64,000 nucleotides of DNA from Promethearchaeota archaeon (GTDB lineage: Archaea > Asgardarchaeota > Lokiarchaeia > Sigyniarchaeales > SOKP01): positions 32,001-96,000 of the forward strand of contig JAHLWP010000001.1 of assembly GCA_019057865.1 (NCBI GenBank), in the 5' to 3' direction. This document shows, in pieces, positions 49,973-59,166 of the stretch (position 1 is the stretch's first letter; the number at the start of each line of letters is the position of its first letter). The notes under the pieces were generated by a model that worked only from the letters and a program-made list of their open reading frames with translations, was not told where the DNA came from and searched no databases. A program made the translations under genes and the position numbers.

Positions 49973-50356
49973 AATGAGAATAGATTCATGAGTATTTTAA
50001 ATAATCTTGGCAATGCATTTAATAATTATTGATAAATGAATGACAAAATTTTAGAAATTTTTGACAATGATATTAAATTATTCAATCTCGTAAAATTTTT
50101 CGTCTAAATATAAATAGGAAGTGGTTTCTAAAAAAATTAGCGATGGGAGTTGACTTTTTTAATAATTATTGGGAATGAATCTAATAATATTTAGGAATCA
50201 TTTGATTTTTTCAGTTATACAGTCTTTTATTTCCTCCACGATCCAACTGTATCGAGCAGGATTCGAAATGCCCTTAATAAGTTTTTCGACTTTTTCTTTT
50301 GGATAATTGATTAATAAATAATCATATAAAATCTGTAATCCTTCTCTCACTTTATT

Positions 50357-51082
50357 TCACAATATTTTCATTTCAGTTTTATTTTTGTATTCTTGATTCA
50401 AATTTTTAATAAATTCTTGCAACTCATTATTGAACATGGTTCTTTTTTCAGGAGCAATACAATTTATAAAGGAAAGAATGTGAATGATTCCTGATACTTC
50501 TTTATCGCAAGTATGACCAAAGCGAGGGGCTCTACATTCATGACATACTGTTAAAGCATAATCCTGAAAATTTTTTTTACTTAACTTTTTATTTAACATG
50601 AAATTTGCTCCCACAGCTGAGGAGCCGCATGGGGATGATCTTAAAACCGTTACATTTAAAATTTTCGTCTCCTTGTCTAAATTTAATTCAAAAAGAGGTT
50701 TTCCAAAATATTTTGCGAAAGTATCAATCTCTGGAATTCCTGTATTCGGTTCTAAAGAACACATGGTTCGAGGACCAACTACTTTAGGATTAATATTTCT
50801 AGCTTGCTTTAATAAGCCAAGACCAGGTGTTATGCCTAAGATTAATGGTTTTTGGAGTCCAGCTAGTTCCAAAATGATATCTGGATGCCGAACATATGAT
50901 AAATAAAGCTCGCACTCCGGTATATCAAGATAAATATCATCATCTAACATAACTGTTGGAGGGATATCTGGAACTAATATCCATTCTACATCAAAATGCT
51001 TTTTAGTGTTTTCAAAAGCTCTTTCACCATATTTTCCATCAGATACAATACCAATCTTAATTTTGCTTTTATCCTTTTCCAT
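50357..51082 (-). CDS. DUF166-like Cys-rich protein
   Basis: GKYGERA, HPD, MCSL, FGKP, VLRSSPCG and CHECRA motifs. Confidence 0.7.
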   Translation of the reverse strand: MEKDKSKIKIGIVSDGKYGERAFENTKKHFDVEWILVPDIPPTVMLDDDIYLDIPECELYLSYVRHPDIILELAGLQKPLILGITPGLGLLKQARNINPKVVGPRTMCSLEPNTGIPEIDTFAKYFGKPLFELNLDKETKILNVTVLRSSPCGSSAVGANFMLNKKLSKKNFQDYALTVCHECRAPRFGHTCDKEVSGIIHILSFINCIAPEKRTMFNNELQEFIKNLNQEYKNKTEMKIL

Positions 51083-51122
51083 TTAAATACTTTATGATAT
51101 TTTAATTTTTATCAATTCATTA

Positions 51123-51542
51123 TTATTTACTTTGAAATAATTCATCCACTTTTTTCGCTATTTCTTCAGCAATTATTTCAGCAAGTTTCATACCATCCTT
51201 TCCTAAATCTTCGCGGGATTTTGGCTTTAGTTCTGGATGTGTTCCGGCAATCTCTTGAATATATATGGTTGCTGCAGGCTTACCACTATATTTATCAACA
51301 GCAATTTTAGCACATTCCTCTTCACATCCTTCTATTGTTATCGTTGGATTATTTTTTGCAAAGTCCCTCTCCTGTTGCCCACCATGCCTTTCTAACCCAC
51401 CTGCCATAAATAAGGGTTGACATAAAATAATCGTATTATTTGGTCGTAATTTTTCAACAACTATTCTCGCAGCTGCGCGACTTAAAGTGCCTCCAACTAA
51501 TTTTTCACCACTACAAGCAATAATTCCAACCTTTTTTTTCAT
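51123..51542 (-). CDS. DGC-domain (putative zinc-binding) protein
   Basis: IIACSG...C...IEGCEEECA. Confidence 0.85.
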   Translation of the reverse strand: MKKKVGIIACSGEKLVGGTLSRAAARIVVEKLRPNNTIILCQPLFMAGGLERHGGQQERDFAKNNPTITIEGCEEECAKIAVDKYSGKPAATIYIQEIAGTHPELKPKSREDLGKDGMKLAEIIAEEIAKKVDELFQSK

Positions 51543-51965
51543 TTAATCGTCCCTCTCCATGTTTTTTTCTAATAATTTATCAACTTCAGCAGCCACCTTT
51601 TCTGCTAATTTTATCGACAATTGCTTAGTATTTTCTCCAACCGGAATAATTGAAGGTTCTGGTTTTAAATCCCTATTTTCCTTTACAATATCAGTAGTCA
51701 AAAAATGAGCATCCACTTTTCCAACAGCTTCCATTAAATCATTATAAGAACATTTTAGGGGGCATCCATCTAAGGCGATTACTTTATTTTCCTTTATTGC
51801 CTCAATGACTTCCTTTTTACCTTTTACTATTAAAGGTAAGCATTCTAAATTGGTCTTATCCTTCGCTAATTCGTTAACGACTATATATGCTGTTTTTCTG
51901 CCAATGCTTCCAAAAACTTTTCCAATTCCGCTACACGGAATAATATAAACTTTCTTTTCACTCAT
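51543..51965 (-). CDS. DGC-domain protein
   Basis: IIPCSG...CLP...LDGCPLKC. Confidence 0.85.
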   Translation of the reverse strand: MSEKKVYIIPCSGIGKVFGSIGRKTAYIVVNELAKDKTNLECLPLIVKGKKEVIEAIKENKVIALDGCPLKCSYNDLMEAVGKVDAHFLTTDIVKENRDLKPEPSIIPVGENTKQLSIKLAEKVAAEVDKLLEKNMERDD

Positions 51966-51966
51966 C

Positions 51967-52851
51967 TTAATCCTCTTTTTCTTTATCTAATAATTCCTTT
52001 TCCTTTAATATTTTTTCTTTCATATATTCAAAATATTCTGGACCATCCATAAGTAATTCTTTATCCTCCTCAAAATCTTTTAACTCTAATTCTGCAAACC
52101 ATCCTTGTTGATAACAATCTTGATTCATCCATTCAGGATGTTCTTCTAACGCTTTATTGACAGCAATAATTTTTCCTGAACCAGGAGATATTAATTGCAA
52201 TACTGTTTTAACAGATTCAAAAGAACCAACATCATCGAATTGTTCAATTTCTTGACCAATTTCGGGTAATTCTACAAACATTATATCACTTGACTGATTT
52301 TGCAGATAATCTGTAATACCAATTAGAGCTCTATCACCATCTGGTTTGATCCAACAATCATTTTCATTGAAGAAATATCCCTCTTTAGGAACTTGAAAAT
52401 AGAATTTATCCACAGTAATATCAAAAAAATCCATCCTTTCTGTCTTAGCTACGATAACAATATCTTCTTTTTCGCTTACTTTTAGTTCCTCTAAAAACCC
52501 CTTAGCAATCATTTCAGCTAATTTCTTGGCATTTTCACTCAATTTTAAACTCGTCCCAGGTTTTATTTTTAACTTTTTTAACATATCGGGGATAAATATT
52601 CGTTTGTAAATTTTTTGATTTCGCTCTTCGATTAATTTTGTAGCACATCTTGTCATACAACCATCTATTACAATAGTTCTAGATTCTCTTAAATTAGATT
52701 CATATTTCTCATCGCCCGTATTCAGCAAAACTGGACAAATTAAATTCAAAGCAGGTTTTTTTTCAATTAGATTAAGTGCTACTACTCTCGCAATTACCCC
52801 TAGTGATTTATCTAGACCGTTGCAAGGTAAAACACATAACTGTTTATCCAT
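51967..52851 (-). CDS. DGC domain fused to glycine-cleavage H (lipoyl-carrier) domain
   Basis: N-terminal LPCNG...CP...IDGCMTRCA; C-terminal IGITDYLQ...FVELP..G......FESVKT...ISP.SG...VN..L...P...N.D.Y..GW with the lipoyl Lys in ESVK. Confidence 0.88.
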   Translation of the reverse strand: MDKQLCVLPCNGLDKSLGVIARVVALNLIEKKPALNLICPVLLNTGDEKYESNLRESRTIVIDGCMTRCATKLIEERNQKIYKRIFIPDMLKKLKIKPGTSLKLSENAKKLAEMIAKGFLEELKVSEKEDIVIVAKTERMDFFDITVDKFYFQVPKEGYFFNENDCWIKPDGDRALIGITDYLQNQSSDIMFVELPEIGQEIEQFDDVGSFESVKTVLQLISPGSGKIIAVNKALEEHPEWMNQDCYQQGWFAELELKDFEEDKELLMDGPEYFEYMKEKILKEKELLDKEKED

Positions 52852-52863
52852 TATGCATCACAT

Positions 52864-53175
52864 CTACTTATTTTCACTTCTAAGCTTCTTTATTAGATTA
52901 GTCGTTTCCCGCTTATCTGGGAATGATAAAGCATCAGGAGCGCAAGTTTTAGCGCACGCACGACAAAATACTACACAATTATATGGATTTTTAACAATTA
53001 ATTTTTTTTTCTCGTCATTAGTACGGGCATAAACATTATGTGGACAAAATTTATCACATTCCATGCAAAAATCACATTTCTCGTAATTAATTGTTGGCCA
53101 CCATGGGATTTGCTTTCTTGGAATTCCCATAAATGTTTCTTTTTCAGCATCATAACTCTTACTCATTTTTAACAT
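52864..53175 (-). CDS. 2x[4Fe-4S] ferredoxin-like protein
   Basis: CDFCMECDKFCP and CVVFCRACAKTC. Confidence 0.9.
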   Translation of the reverse strand: MLKMSKSYDAEKETFMGIPRKQIPWWPTINYEKCDFCMECDKFCPHNVYARTNDEKKKLIVKNPYNCVVFCRACAKTCAPDALSFPDKRETTNLIKKLRSENK

Positions 53176-53545
53176 CCTCCTCTAATTTTTCCAAAGTCTT
53201 TTCAACTAAATTAACAGCTTCATCTGTAGTCATTTCGCGAATATCCAAGGGAATTAAATCTGTTTTTTCATCTAATCCTGCTTTTTTAAAAGCGTCTCTA
53301 AATAACTTATATTGCATGTTTGGAGCACATCCAGCCACCATATATTTTCGACCAGTGCGTAAATAATCATCTAAAAATCTATCGCCATCTTCTTCACACA
53401 ATTGAGGATGAATAAATCCATATTCTACAGGAAGTTCAATTCTTACACGATTAATAAAATCCCATATATCCATTGTGGCAAATCCAGGGCATTTTCCAGT
53501 ACAAACACACATAATGAATCCAATTTCTTTTTTTGTATTGTTCAA
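53159..53545 (-). CDS. Stand-alone HdrA N-terminal-like domain protein
   Basis: FIMCVC...QLC...VAGCAP....LFRDA...AGLD...LDIRE parallels the N-terminus of HdrA at 48430 (VCQU...SLC...VASCTP...VNIRE). Confidence 0.75.
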   Translation of the reverse strand: MNNTKKEIGFIMCVCTGKCPGFATMDIWDFINRVRIELPVEYGFIHPQLCEEDGDRFLDDYLRTGRKYMVAGCAPNMQYKLFRDAFKKAGLDEKTDLIPLDIREMTTDEAVNLVEKTLEKLEEDVKNE

Positions 53546-53665
53546 TTTATTAGCACCACCTATTAATCTCGAATTTGTTATCTTAATTTTAATAAAATTT
53601 AATTATTATTAACACAAGATTTAAATATAAAATTCGTTTATAAGTATATGTATTATTACGCATAA

Positions 53666-54001
53666 ATGCATAAAACAGATATGAAACTTGAAAATTTAAG
53701 ATTGGATTTATTAAGAGCTCTTTCCGATGAAACTAGATTAAAACTTTTAGAGTTTCTAAGGCATGGAAATGAGATTTGTGTTTGCGACATTGAAAAAGTG
53801 TTTGATAAAACTCAATCTACATTATCTAGACATTTAAAAACTCTTACTGAAGCAGACATCCTTGAAAGTAGAAGGGAAGGGAATAAAAAATTGTTTAAAG
53901 TAAAAGATACCCAAATTTTCAAGTTATTGGCAATAGTAGATAATTTAATTAAAAGAAATGAAAAATTTAAAAAAATTGTAGAACTCCAGCAAAAAATATA
54001 A
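53666..54001 (+). CDS. arsR: ArsR/SmtB transcriptional regulator
   Basis: ALSDETRL, EICVCDI and QSTLSRHL motifs. Confidence 0.88.
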   Translation: MHKTDMKLENLRLDLLRALSDETRLKLLEFLRHGNEICVCDIEKVFDKTQSTLSRHLKTLTEADILESRREGNKKLFKVKDTQIFKLLAIVDNLIKRNEKFKKIVELQQKI

Positions 54002-54016
54002 AATGAAGGTGTTAAA

Positions 54017-54310
54017 ATGGTTCAACAAGAGAGTGAACTTCAAAAAGAAAATAAACTTAAAGTAGAAATTTATGTGCCTTTAAATGTATGCGCTTGCCAA
54101 TGGGAAAGATTTATGAATCTCGTTTTTCAGGTAATTACACCTTATAATAAGTATATAACATTCGATACAAAGAATTTAGATTCTGAAGAAGCAAGAAAAT
54201 TGAATTTGCATGGTAATAGTGTAGTTATTGATGGAAATGAAATCGTTACGACATCATTTGCTCTGAAGAAAAAGCTACCAGAAATATTGAAGTCAAAAGG
54301 TTTGATTTAA
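54017..54310 (+). CDS. Small thioredoxin-fold-like protein with CxC
   Basis: KVEIYVP..VCAC...EEARKL.....VVIDG. Confidence 0.6.
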   Translation: MVQQESELQKENKLKVEIYVPLNVCACQWERFMNLVFQVITPYNKYITFDTKNLDSEEARKLNLHGNSVVIDGNEIVTTSFALKKKLPEILKSKGLI

Positions 54311-54311
54311 T

Positions 54312-54788
54312 TTGAGTAAAAAAGATATCCACGCAGAAAACATTGTCTTAATACCATGTTCAGGTTCAGAATATCATGGTGAATTAGCACGACAGGTAGC
54401 AATACGATTGGCGGAGAAAAGTAAAATAGCTTCTATTAGCTCATTGACATGCTCCACTATTTTTCTTAAAAATGTATTATTAGAAAAAGAACAATTAGTT
54501 GAAATTACCAAAAATCATCTCAAACATTCCTTTATTATTATTATTAACGGATGTAACACAGCCTGTGTAAGTGTAATTTATAAACATCTTGATATTGTAC
54601 CAGATTTGATTATTTCCGTCCAAGCTATCATCCCTAAGCAACGTATGAATTTAAATGATCTAAATACTTTTAAGAATCTACCTAAATTAAGCGAAATTAA
54701 AGAGGAGGATATAAGAAAGGTACTTGAGTATATTCTTCAAGAAATACAGAAACAAGGGCTTAATATTGATAAATTCGATGAAAATTAA
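54312..54788 (+). CDS. DGC-domain protein
   Basis: LIPCSG...GELARQ...C...INGCNTAC. Confidence 0.8.
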   Translation: MSKKDIHAENIVLIPCSGSEYHGELARQVAIRLAEKSKIASISSLTCSTIFLKNVLLEKEQLVEITKNHLKHSFIIIINGCNTACVSVIYKHLDIVPDLIISVQAIIPKQRMNLNDLNTFKNLPKLSEIKEEDIRKVLEYILQEIQKQGLNIDKFDEN

Positions 54789-54869
54789 TATTTGATTTTA
54801 AAAATTTTTATCTTAACAAGAAGTAATTATAACGTAATTAATAAAAAACTAAAAACTGCTATAAGAAAT

Positions 54870-55208
54870 TTACTTTCGTCGAAAATATTTGGAAATATAA
54901 TTTACAAAATTACTCCCAAAATCATAATCTTTAAAATCTGTAGTTGAGCAAGTTGATTTAGATTCTTTATCAAAAAATATCCTACTGAAACCTAGACGAT
55001 CATAATGTGCTCTTCGTTCTGGGTCACATAAGGTTTCATATGCTTCATGAATCTCTATAAACTTTTCTTTTGCTTTTAGATCTTTTTTATTCTTATCAGG
55101 ATGATATTTTTTTGCCAACCGTCGATATGCTAATTTGATCTGGATTTTGGAAGCATCTCGGCCTAAACCAAGTAACTCATAATAATCTCGGTTTTTGAAT
55201 GAATTCAT
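54870..55208 (-). CDS. J-domain-only protein
   Basis: DYYELLG...[12 protein letters not shown]...AYETL.DP..R..YD; no DnaJ zinc finger or C-terminal domain. Confidence 0.85.
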   Translation of the reverse strand: MNSFKNRDYYELLGLGRDASKIQIKLAYRRLAKKYHPDKNKKDLKAKEKFIEIHEAYETLCDPERRAHYDRLGFSRIFFDKESKSTCSTTDFKDYDFGSNFVNYISKYFRRK

Positions 55209-55332
55209 TTTAAAATAGAATTTATTTGATGATTCTAGACAAGTAAAATATACTAATTCTAAATTTAAACCTTGTTTTAAAATTATTTATATTATTAAAT
55301 GCTAGGAATTATAGATTTTAATAAAAATTTTT

Positions 55333-56244
55333 TCATAAACCCGGATCATATGTGTTAAAGGGATTTCCATAGAGTATAAGACTGATTTTTTTCTTATATT
55401 TATCACATTTACTTATATCTGGTATGTTATTTAGGGTTAAATCAAGAGATTTCAAATTTACAAAATTATCTAAATCATTTATCTCAGAAATTAAATTTTT
55501 TGATAAATTAATAGTTTCTACTGATTGAAGCTGAATTAAACCTTTGAATTCTTTAATCTTATTGTGCATAAGGTTTAGGTTTTTTAATTTTTTTTGATTA
55601 GTTAAACCTTCTATTTTCTCAGTTTTATTAAATCCTAAATTTATTGAATTTAACTCAATAAGATCTTCAAGATTTTTAATTTTTGTTATTTTGTTATGAG
55701 ATAGGTTTAAATTCCGCAATTTTAATAAACCATTTAGCCCATTAATTTCAGAGATATCATTAAAGCTTAGATTTAAATCCTCTAAATGTTTTAGCAAATC
55801 TAATCCTTCAATATTTTTAATGTTCTTTATTTTGTAATTTGTAAGTGCTAACTTTTTTATTTTTCCCTCCTGTATTATAACAGTTTTATTCTCTTTATTT
55901 AGATTTGGAAAAATTATTATTAAATTATTTAAAACTTTATAATTCAAGAATCTTTCAATCAAATCATCAAGATTATGATTATAAAATATAAACTTTGCTA
56001 GTTTTGATTGATATCTTTTATACTTACTCATATAATGCTTGATTTCATTGATTAAAAAAAGATTAAGGAATGTTTCATTATAATCTTTTATTATTTCTAT
56101 ATATTTTATAACACAGTTTAGAGAATTATCAATTTGTAATGCCCATTTAATCGGGTGTAGTGCTTTTAATGACTTATACCTCTTATTTTCATCATTACTA
56201 TTCTCGATTATATAGATTAAAGATTTATTTTGAATTTCTTTCAT
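55333..56244 (-). CDS. LRR protein (SDS22-like repeats) with shortened HEAT module
   Basis: LxxLNLSxNxIxxIxxL repeats and KALHPIKWAL. Confidence 0.8.
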   Translation of the reverse strand: MKEIQNKSLIYIIENSNDENKRYKSLKALHPIKWALQIDNSLNCVIKYIEIIKDYNETFLNLFLINEIKHYMSKYKRYQSKLAKFIFYNHNLDDLIERFLNYKVLNNLIIIFPNLNKENKTVIIQEGKIKKLALTNYKIKNIKNIEGLDLLKHLEDLNLSFNDISEINGLNGLLKLRNLNLSHNKITKIKNLEDLIELNSINLGFNKTEKIEGLTNQKKLKNLNLMHNKIKEFKGLIQLQSVETINLSKNLISEINDLDNFVNLKSLDLTLNNIPDISKCDKYKKKISLILYGNPFNTYDPGL

Positions 56245-56288
56245 CTAATCATAATAATTTATGGATTTTAAAAATTGTAAAATATTTT

Positions 56289-56370
56289 GGAATATATAGG
56301 ACGCAATCCTATTGTCAATCTTTTACTAGTATTTTTTTAAAAGATTTCATTCAATTTTTTTACATATTCC
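56289..56370 (-). promoter_or_regulatory. Second SECIS element
   Basis: GGAATAT...ATGA-AATCTTTTA-[AAAAAATACTAG]-TAAAAGATT-GA-CA-ATAGGAT(TGC)GTCCTAT-ATATTCC; same architecture as 45887-45955. Confidence 0.75.
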
Positions 56371-56845
56371 TTTTTAATTTAAAATAATGGGCAAATATCT
56401 CATTATCTTTCCCATATCTTTTTCGAATGGTTGCTTTAAACCGTCCTATATCCAATCTATTTCTCACTTTTTCTCATCAACATCCCGAATCTGGTTGTAT
56501 ATCGATAATGCTATTTGGATATAGATTAAAATCTATATCTTCTCTTAATGGCATAAAATTCCTTGGGTTTCCCTCTTCATCTGGACCATATGGCATTAAT
56601 CCAATATCATCATAAATTTCATTTTGTTTAGGGTTCCACACGAGTTGCAGATAGTTATGGATATAATCCTTAAATATTGGGAAAATCGAATCTTGGGGGT
56701 GTTCAAAAATATATTTATCAACCATGGCTAAAGCTTGTACAAATGTGGCATTATCATCTACCTCAACAGTAAATTCCTTTCCTTTTGATAATCCCGTTAG
56801 TGGTATACTTATCTTAAACGTAATTTTCTTAATTTTTGTTATCAC
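56360..56845 (-). CDS. MoaD/ubiquitin-like protein, candidate selenoprotein (..PDSGC-U-U-EKVR..; ends at 56477 if UGA is a stop)
   Basis: Beta-grasp-like pattern (KITFKI...EFTVEVDDNATF..AL...L.PNSIIDIQPDSGC). Tandem TGA TGA at 56474-56479; frame open for 37 further codons to TAA at 56360; SECIS immediately downstream. Likely start near GAGGTG at 56845. Confidence 0.6.
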
Positions 56846-56911
56846 CTCTAATTTTATATTAAAATATACAATAAAATAAAGATATAAAAAATTCATGAAT
56901 TAATTCTATTA

Positions 56912-57976
56912 TTATTTGTATTTACTGTTTGTCTCTTGATATCCTTTCCAGAAACCATGTCTACCTAAATATCTCCCTAAATAAACCAAGGATAACATTA
57001 CAGGAATTTCCCAGAATAACCCCATTGTAGTCCCTAAAGCGGCAATCGAACCTACACCATACATCGTTACAGCAACGGCAATCGCAATTTCGAAATGACT
57101 TGAAGACCCTATAAGTACCGTTATAATTGCTTGGCTATATTTCACTTTTAATACTTTAGTAACTATTATATTATACCCCACAACAATTGCAAATCCGACT
57201 AATAGGGGTACCGTAATTAAAAGCAATAAATCGGGGTTATCTATAAGCACTTGACCATTCAAGGAAAATAACACCATTAATGTCATTAATAAGGCAACTA
57301 TGGCTATAGTGGAAACAACCGGTCGGTATTTATTATGGAACCAATCTTCACCTTTGGATTTCACTAACGTTTTTTTACTAATTACGCCAAATAAGAGCGG
57401 AAGTCCGATAAATACTCCTAATGAAATCAATAACATGATTGGATCTAAAGGAATTTTCTTTTCTAAAGTAATATTTGCTATACTTACCAGAAGTGTCATT
57501 ACAGGTATATACAAAATAATTATTGTTATTGTATTTAAGCTGGTTGTAATAACATTTTGTTCTTGGTTTCCTTTTGCTAACCACCCCCATACCAAAACCA
57601 TTGCAGTACAAGGGCTACTACTTAGCAAGATAACTGCAAGTATAAGTTGCTGATTTCCTCCTAAAAATAAAAGTGCCATTCCGAGCCCTACAAATGGCGC
57701 GACAATCCAATTCGAAAAAAGTGTCAGTATGATAGGTTTTGGATTTTTTCCAAGCTTTTTTAACTCTGAGGCTTGAAGATTTAACATTGCCGGATACATC
57801 ATAAGAAATAAACAAACACCAATTGGTATAGAAATTCCGGCAATTTGCCAAGAATCAATTACTTCACTTATGCCTGGGACATACTGAGAGATAAGGATTC
57901 CGATAATAATGCATAACGCTATCCAAACTGGTAGCAATTTATCAAATACTCCAAGTTTTTTTTCTTCGTCACTCAT
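56912..57976 (-). CDS. acr3: Acr3-family arsenite efflux permease
   Basis: MMYP, NW...P, PCTAMV..W and SHFEIAIAVA motifs; about 10 TM segments. Confidence 0.93.
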   Translation of the reverse strand: MSDEEKKLGVFDKLLPVWIALCIIIGILISQYVPGISEVIDSWQIAGISIPIGVCLFLMMYPAMLNLQASELKKLGKNPKPIILTLFSNWIVAPFVGLGMALLFLGGNQQLILAVILLSSSPCTAMVLVWGWLAKGNQEQNVITTSLNTITIIILYIPVMTLLVSIANITLEKKIPLDPIMLLISLGVFIGLPLLFGVISKKTLVKSKGEDWFHNKYRPVVSTIAIVALLMTLMVLFSLNGQVLIDNPDLLLLITVPLLVGFAIVVGYNIIVTKVLKVKYSQAIITVLIGSSSHFEIAIAVAVTMYGVGSIAALGTTMGLFWEIPVMLSLVYLGRYLGRHGFWKGYQETNSKYK

Positions 57977-58126
57977 CGTTTTTCATGATTAATTTTTTCC
58001 GATTTTTATTATAAATTTAAAATGATTATTTAAATTTAAATACTTCGATTTATTTTGACTAAATTCAATTTAAATACATTTTTATAGATTTGTTCATTAT
58101 AAATATTTAATACGATATGTAAAATT

Positions 58127-58549
58127 TTGAAAGTGATACAAATTAAAAGTGAAAGAAAAGCTGAAATAATTAATAGTCTGAAACTATGTTTTGATCTTCA
58201 AGATCAAGATATAGAACCTTATTTTAATACCTTAAGAGAAATTGGTATTAAATTAAATAAAAATAAAAGTTTAATAGATCTTACGAAATTCTCCAATGTT
58301 TTAGGAAATGAAACCCGTTTTAAAATTGTACAGTTGTTAAATGATAAAGATTATTGTGTATGTGAATTGGAAGCAATAATAGATAAAGCGCAATCCTCAA
58401 TTTCTCATCATTTAAAAATACTTGAACGCATGAAAATAATAAGAGGTATAAAAAGAGGTTATTTTACTCATTATGAATTAATTAAAGAACAATTTCAGAA
58501 ATATGTACAGAATTTTGAGAAATATTTTGAATTATTTAATTTTTCATAA
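58127..58549 (+). CDS. arsR: ArsR/SmtB regulator
   Basis: LGNETRF, DYCVCEL and QSSISHHL motifs. Confidence 0.85.
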   Translation: MKVIQIKSERKAEIINSLKLCFDLQDQDIEPYFNTLREIGIKLNKNKSLIDLTKFSNVLGNETRFKIVQLLNDKDYCVCELEAIIDKAQSSISHHLKILERMKIIRGIKRGYFTHYELIKEQFQKYVQNFEKYFELFNFS

Positions 58550-58713
58550 CAATTGATATCTAAAAAATACAATATACAAAAAATGAAAAAAGTTATTAGC
58601 ATAGATGAATGAAGAGATTTGGTAAAATAAAATAATAGATTGCACATATAAATAGAATATTTTTATGTAATCTATACTTTTAACCATTTAAAAAACAATT
58701 TTGATATTTTAAT

Positions 58714-59079
58714 ATGCATCTAAAGAATAAAGAAAAAATAGAAAGGTTAATTAAATTTTTTGGAATAGATAGAGATATTAATGAATATCTTGAAGATTTA
58801 GAAAGAAAAAAAGATGAGATCTTATCTAAAAGTAATTTTAATGAAAAAGTTAATTATTTTTATGCACTAGGAAATAGCGTAAGATTTTTAATTTATAACT
58901 TAATAGGAAAAAAAGAAATGTGTGTATGTGAGTTGACAGCAATTTTAAATGTATCTCAATCCACAATATCTCATCATATAAATAAATTAAAACAAGCAGG
59001 ATTAGTTTTTGGTGTTAAGAAAGGAAAATTCACCTATTATGAAATATATAAAAATATAGAGAAAAAATACCTAATTTGA
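58714..59079 (+). CDS. arsR: ArsR/SmtB regulator
   Basis: ALGNSVR, EMCVCEL and SQSTISHH motifs. Confidence 0.85.
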   Translation: MHLKNKEKIERLIKFFGIDRDINEYLEDLERKKDEILSKSNFNEKVNYFYALGNSVRFLIYNLIGKKEMCVCELTAILNVSQSTISHHINKLKQAGLVFGVKKGKFTYYEIYKNIEKKYLI

Positions 59080-59166
59080 GAACTAATTTTAGAAAGAAAT
59101 CTAAAACTTTTTTTGGAGAAAAACAAAATTATGATCAAATTTTTCTTTAATTTTAATAGAAATTTC

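Noticed and set aside
50040-50066. Plus-strand ATGAC-AAAATTT-TAG-AAATTTT-TGAC hairpin resembling a SECIS or K-turn core
   Set aside because: All-AT stem with a 3-nt loop, no A-rich apical loop or side hairpin, and no plus-strand UGA-containing gene upstream.
50251-50270. TTCGAATCCTGCTCG (minus strand) resembling a tRNA T-arm or att remnant
   Set aside because: No pairing T-stem and no match to the tRNA in this window; it lies inside the small remnant ORF.
50198-50359. In-frame continuation of the DUF166-like ORF for 52 codons past its TGA (possible Sec read-through)
   Set aside because: The UGA context (KIL-U-NK) is not a Cys/redox motif and I found no SECIS-like hairpin downstream; more likely a gene remnant or small ORF.
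53640-53670. Imperfect palindrome TATG-N10-CATA upstream of arsR as an operator
   Set aside because: Plausible, but too weak in such AT-rich DNA to support without a motif search.
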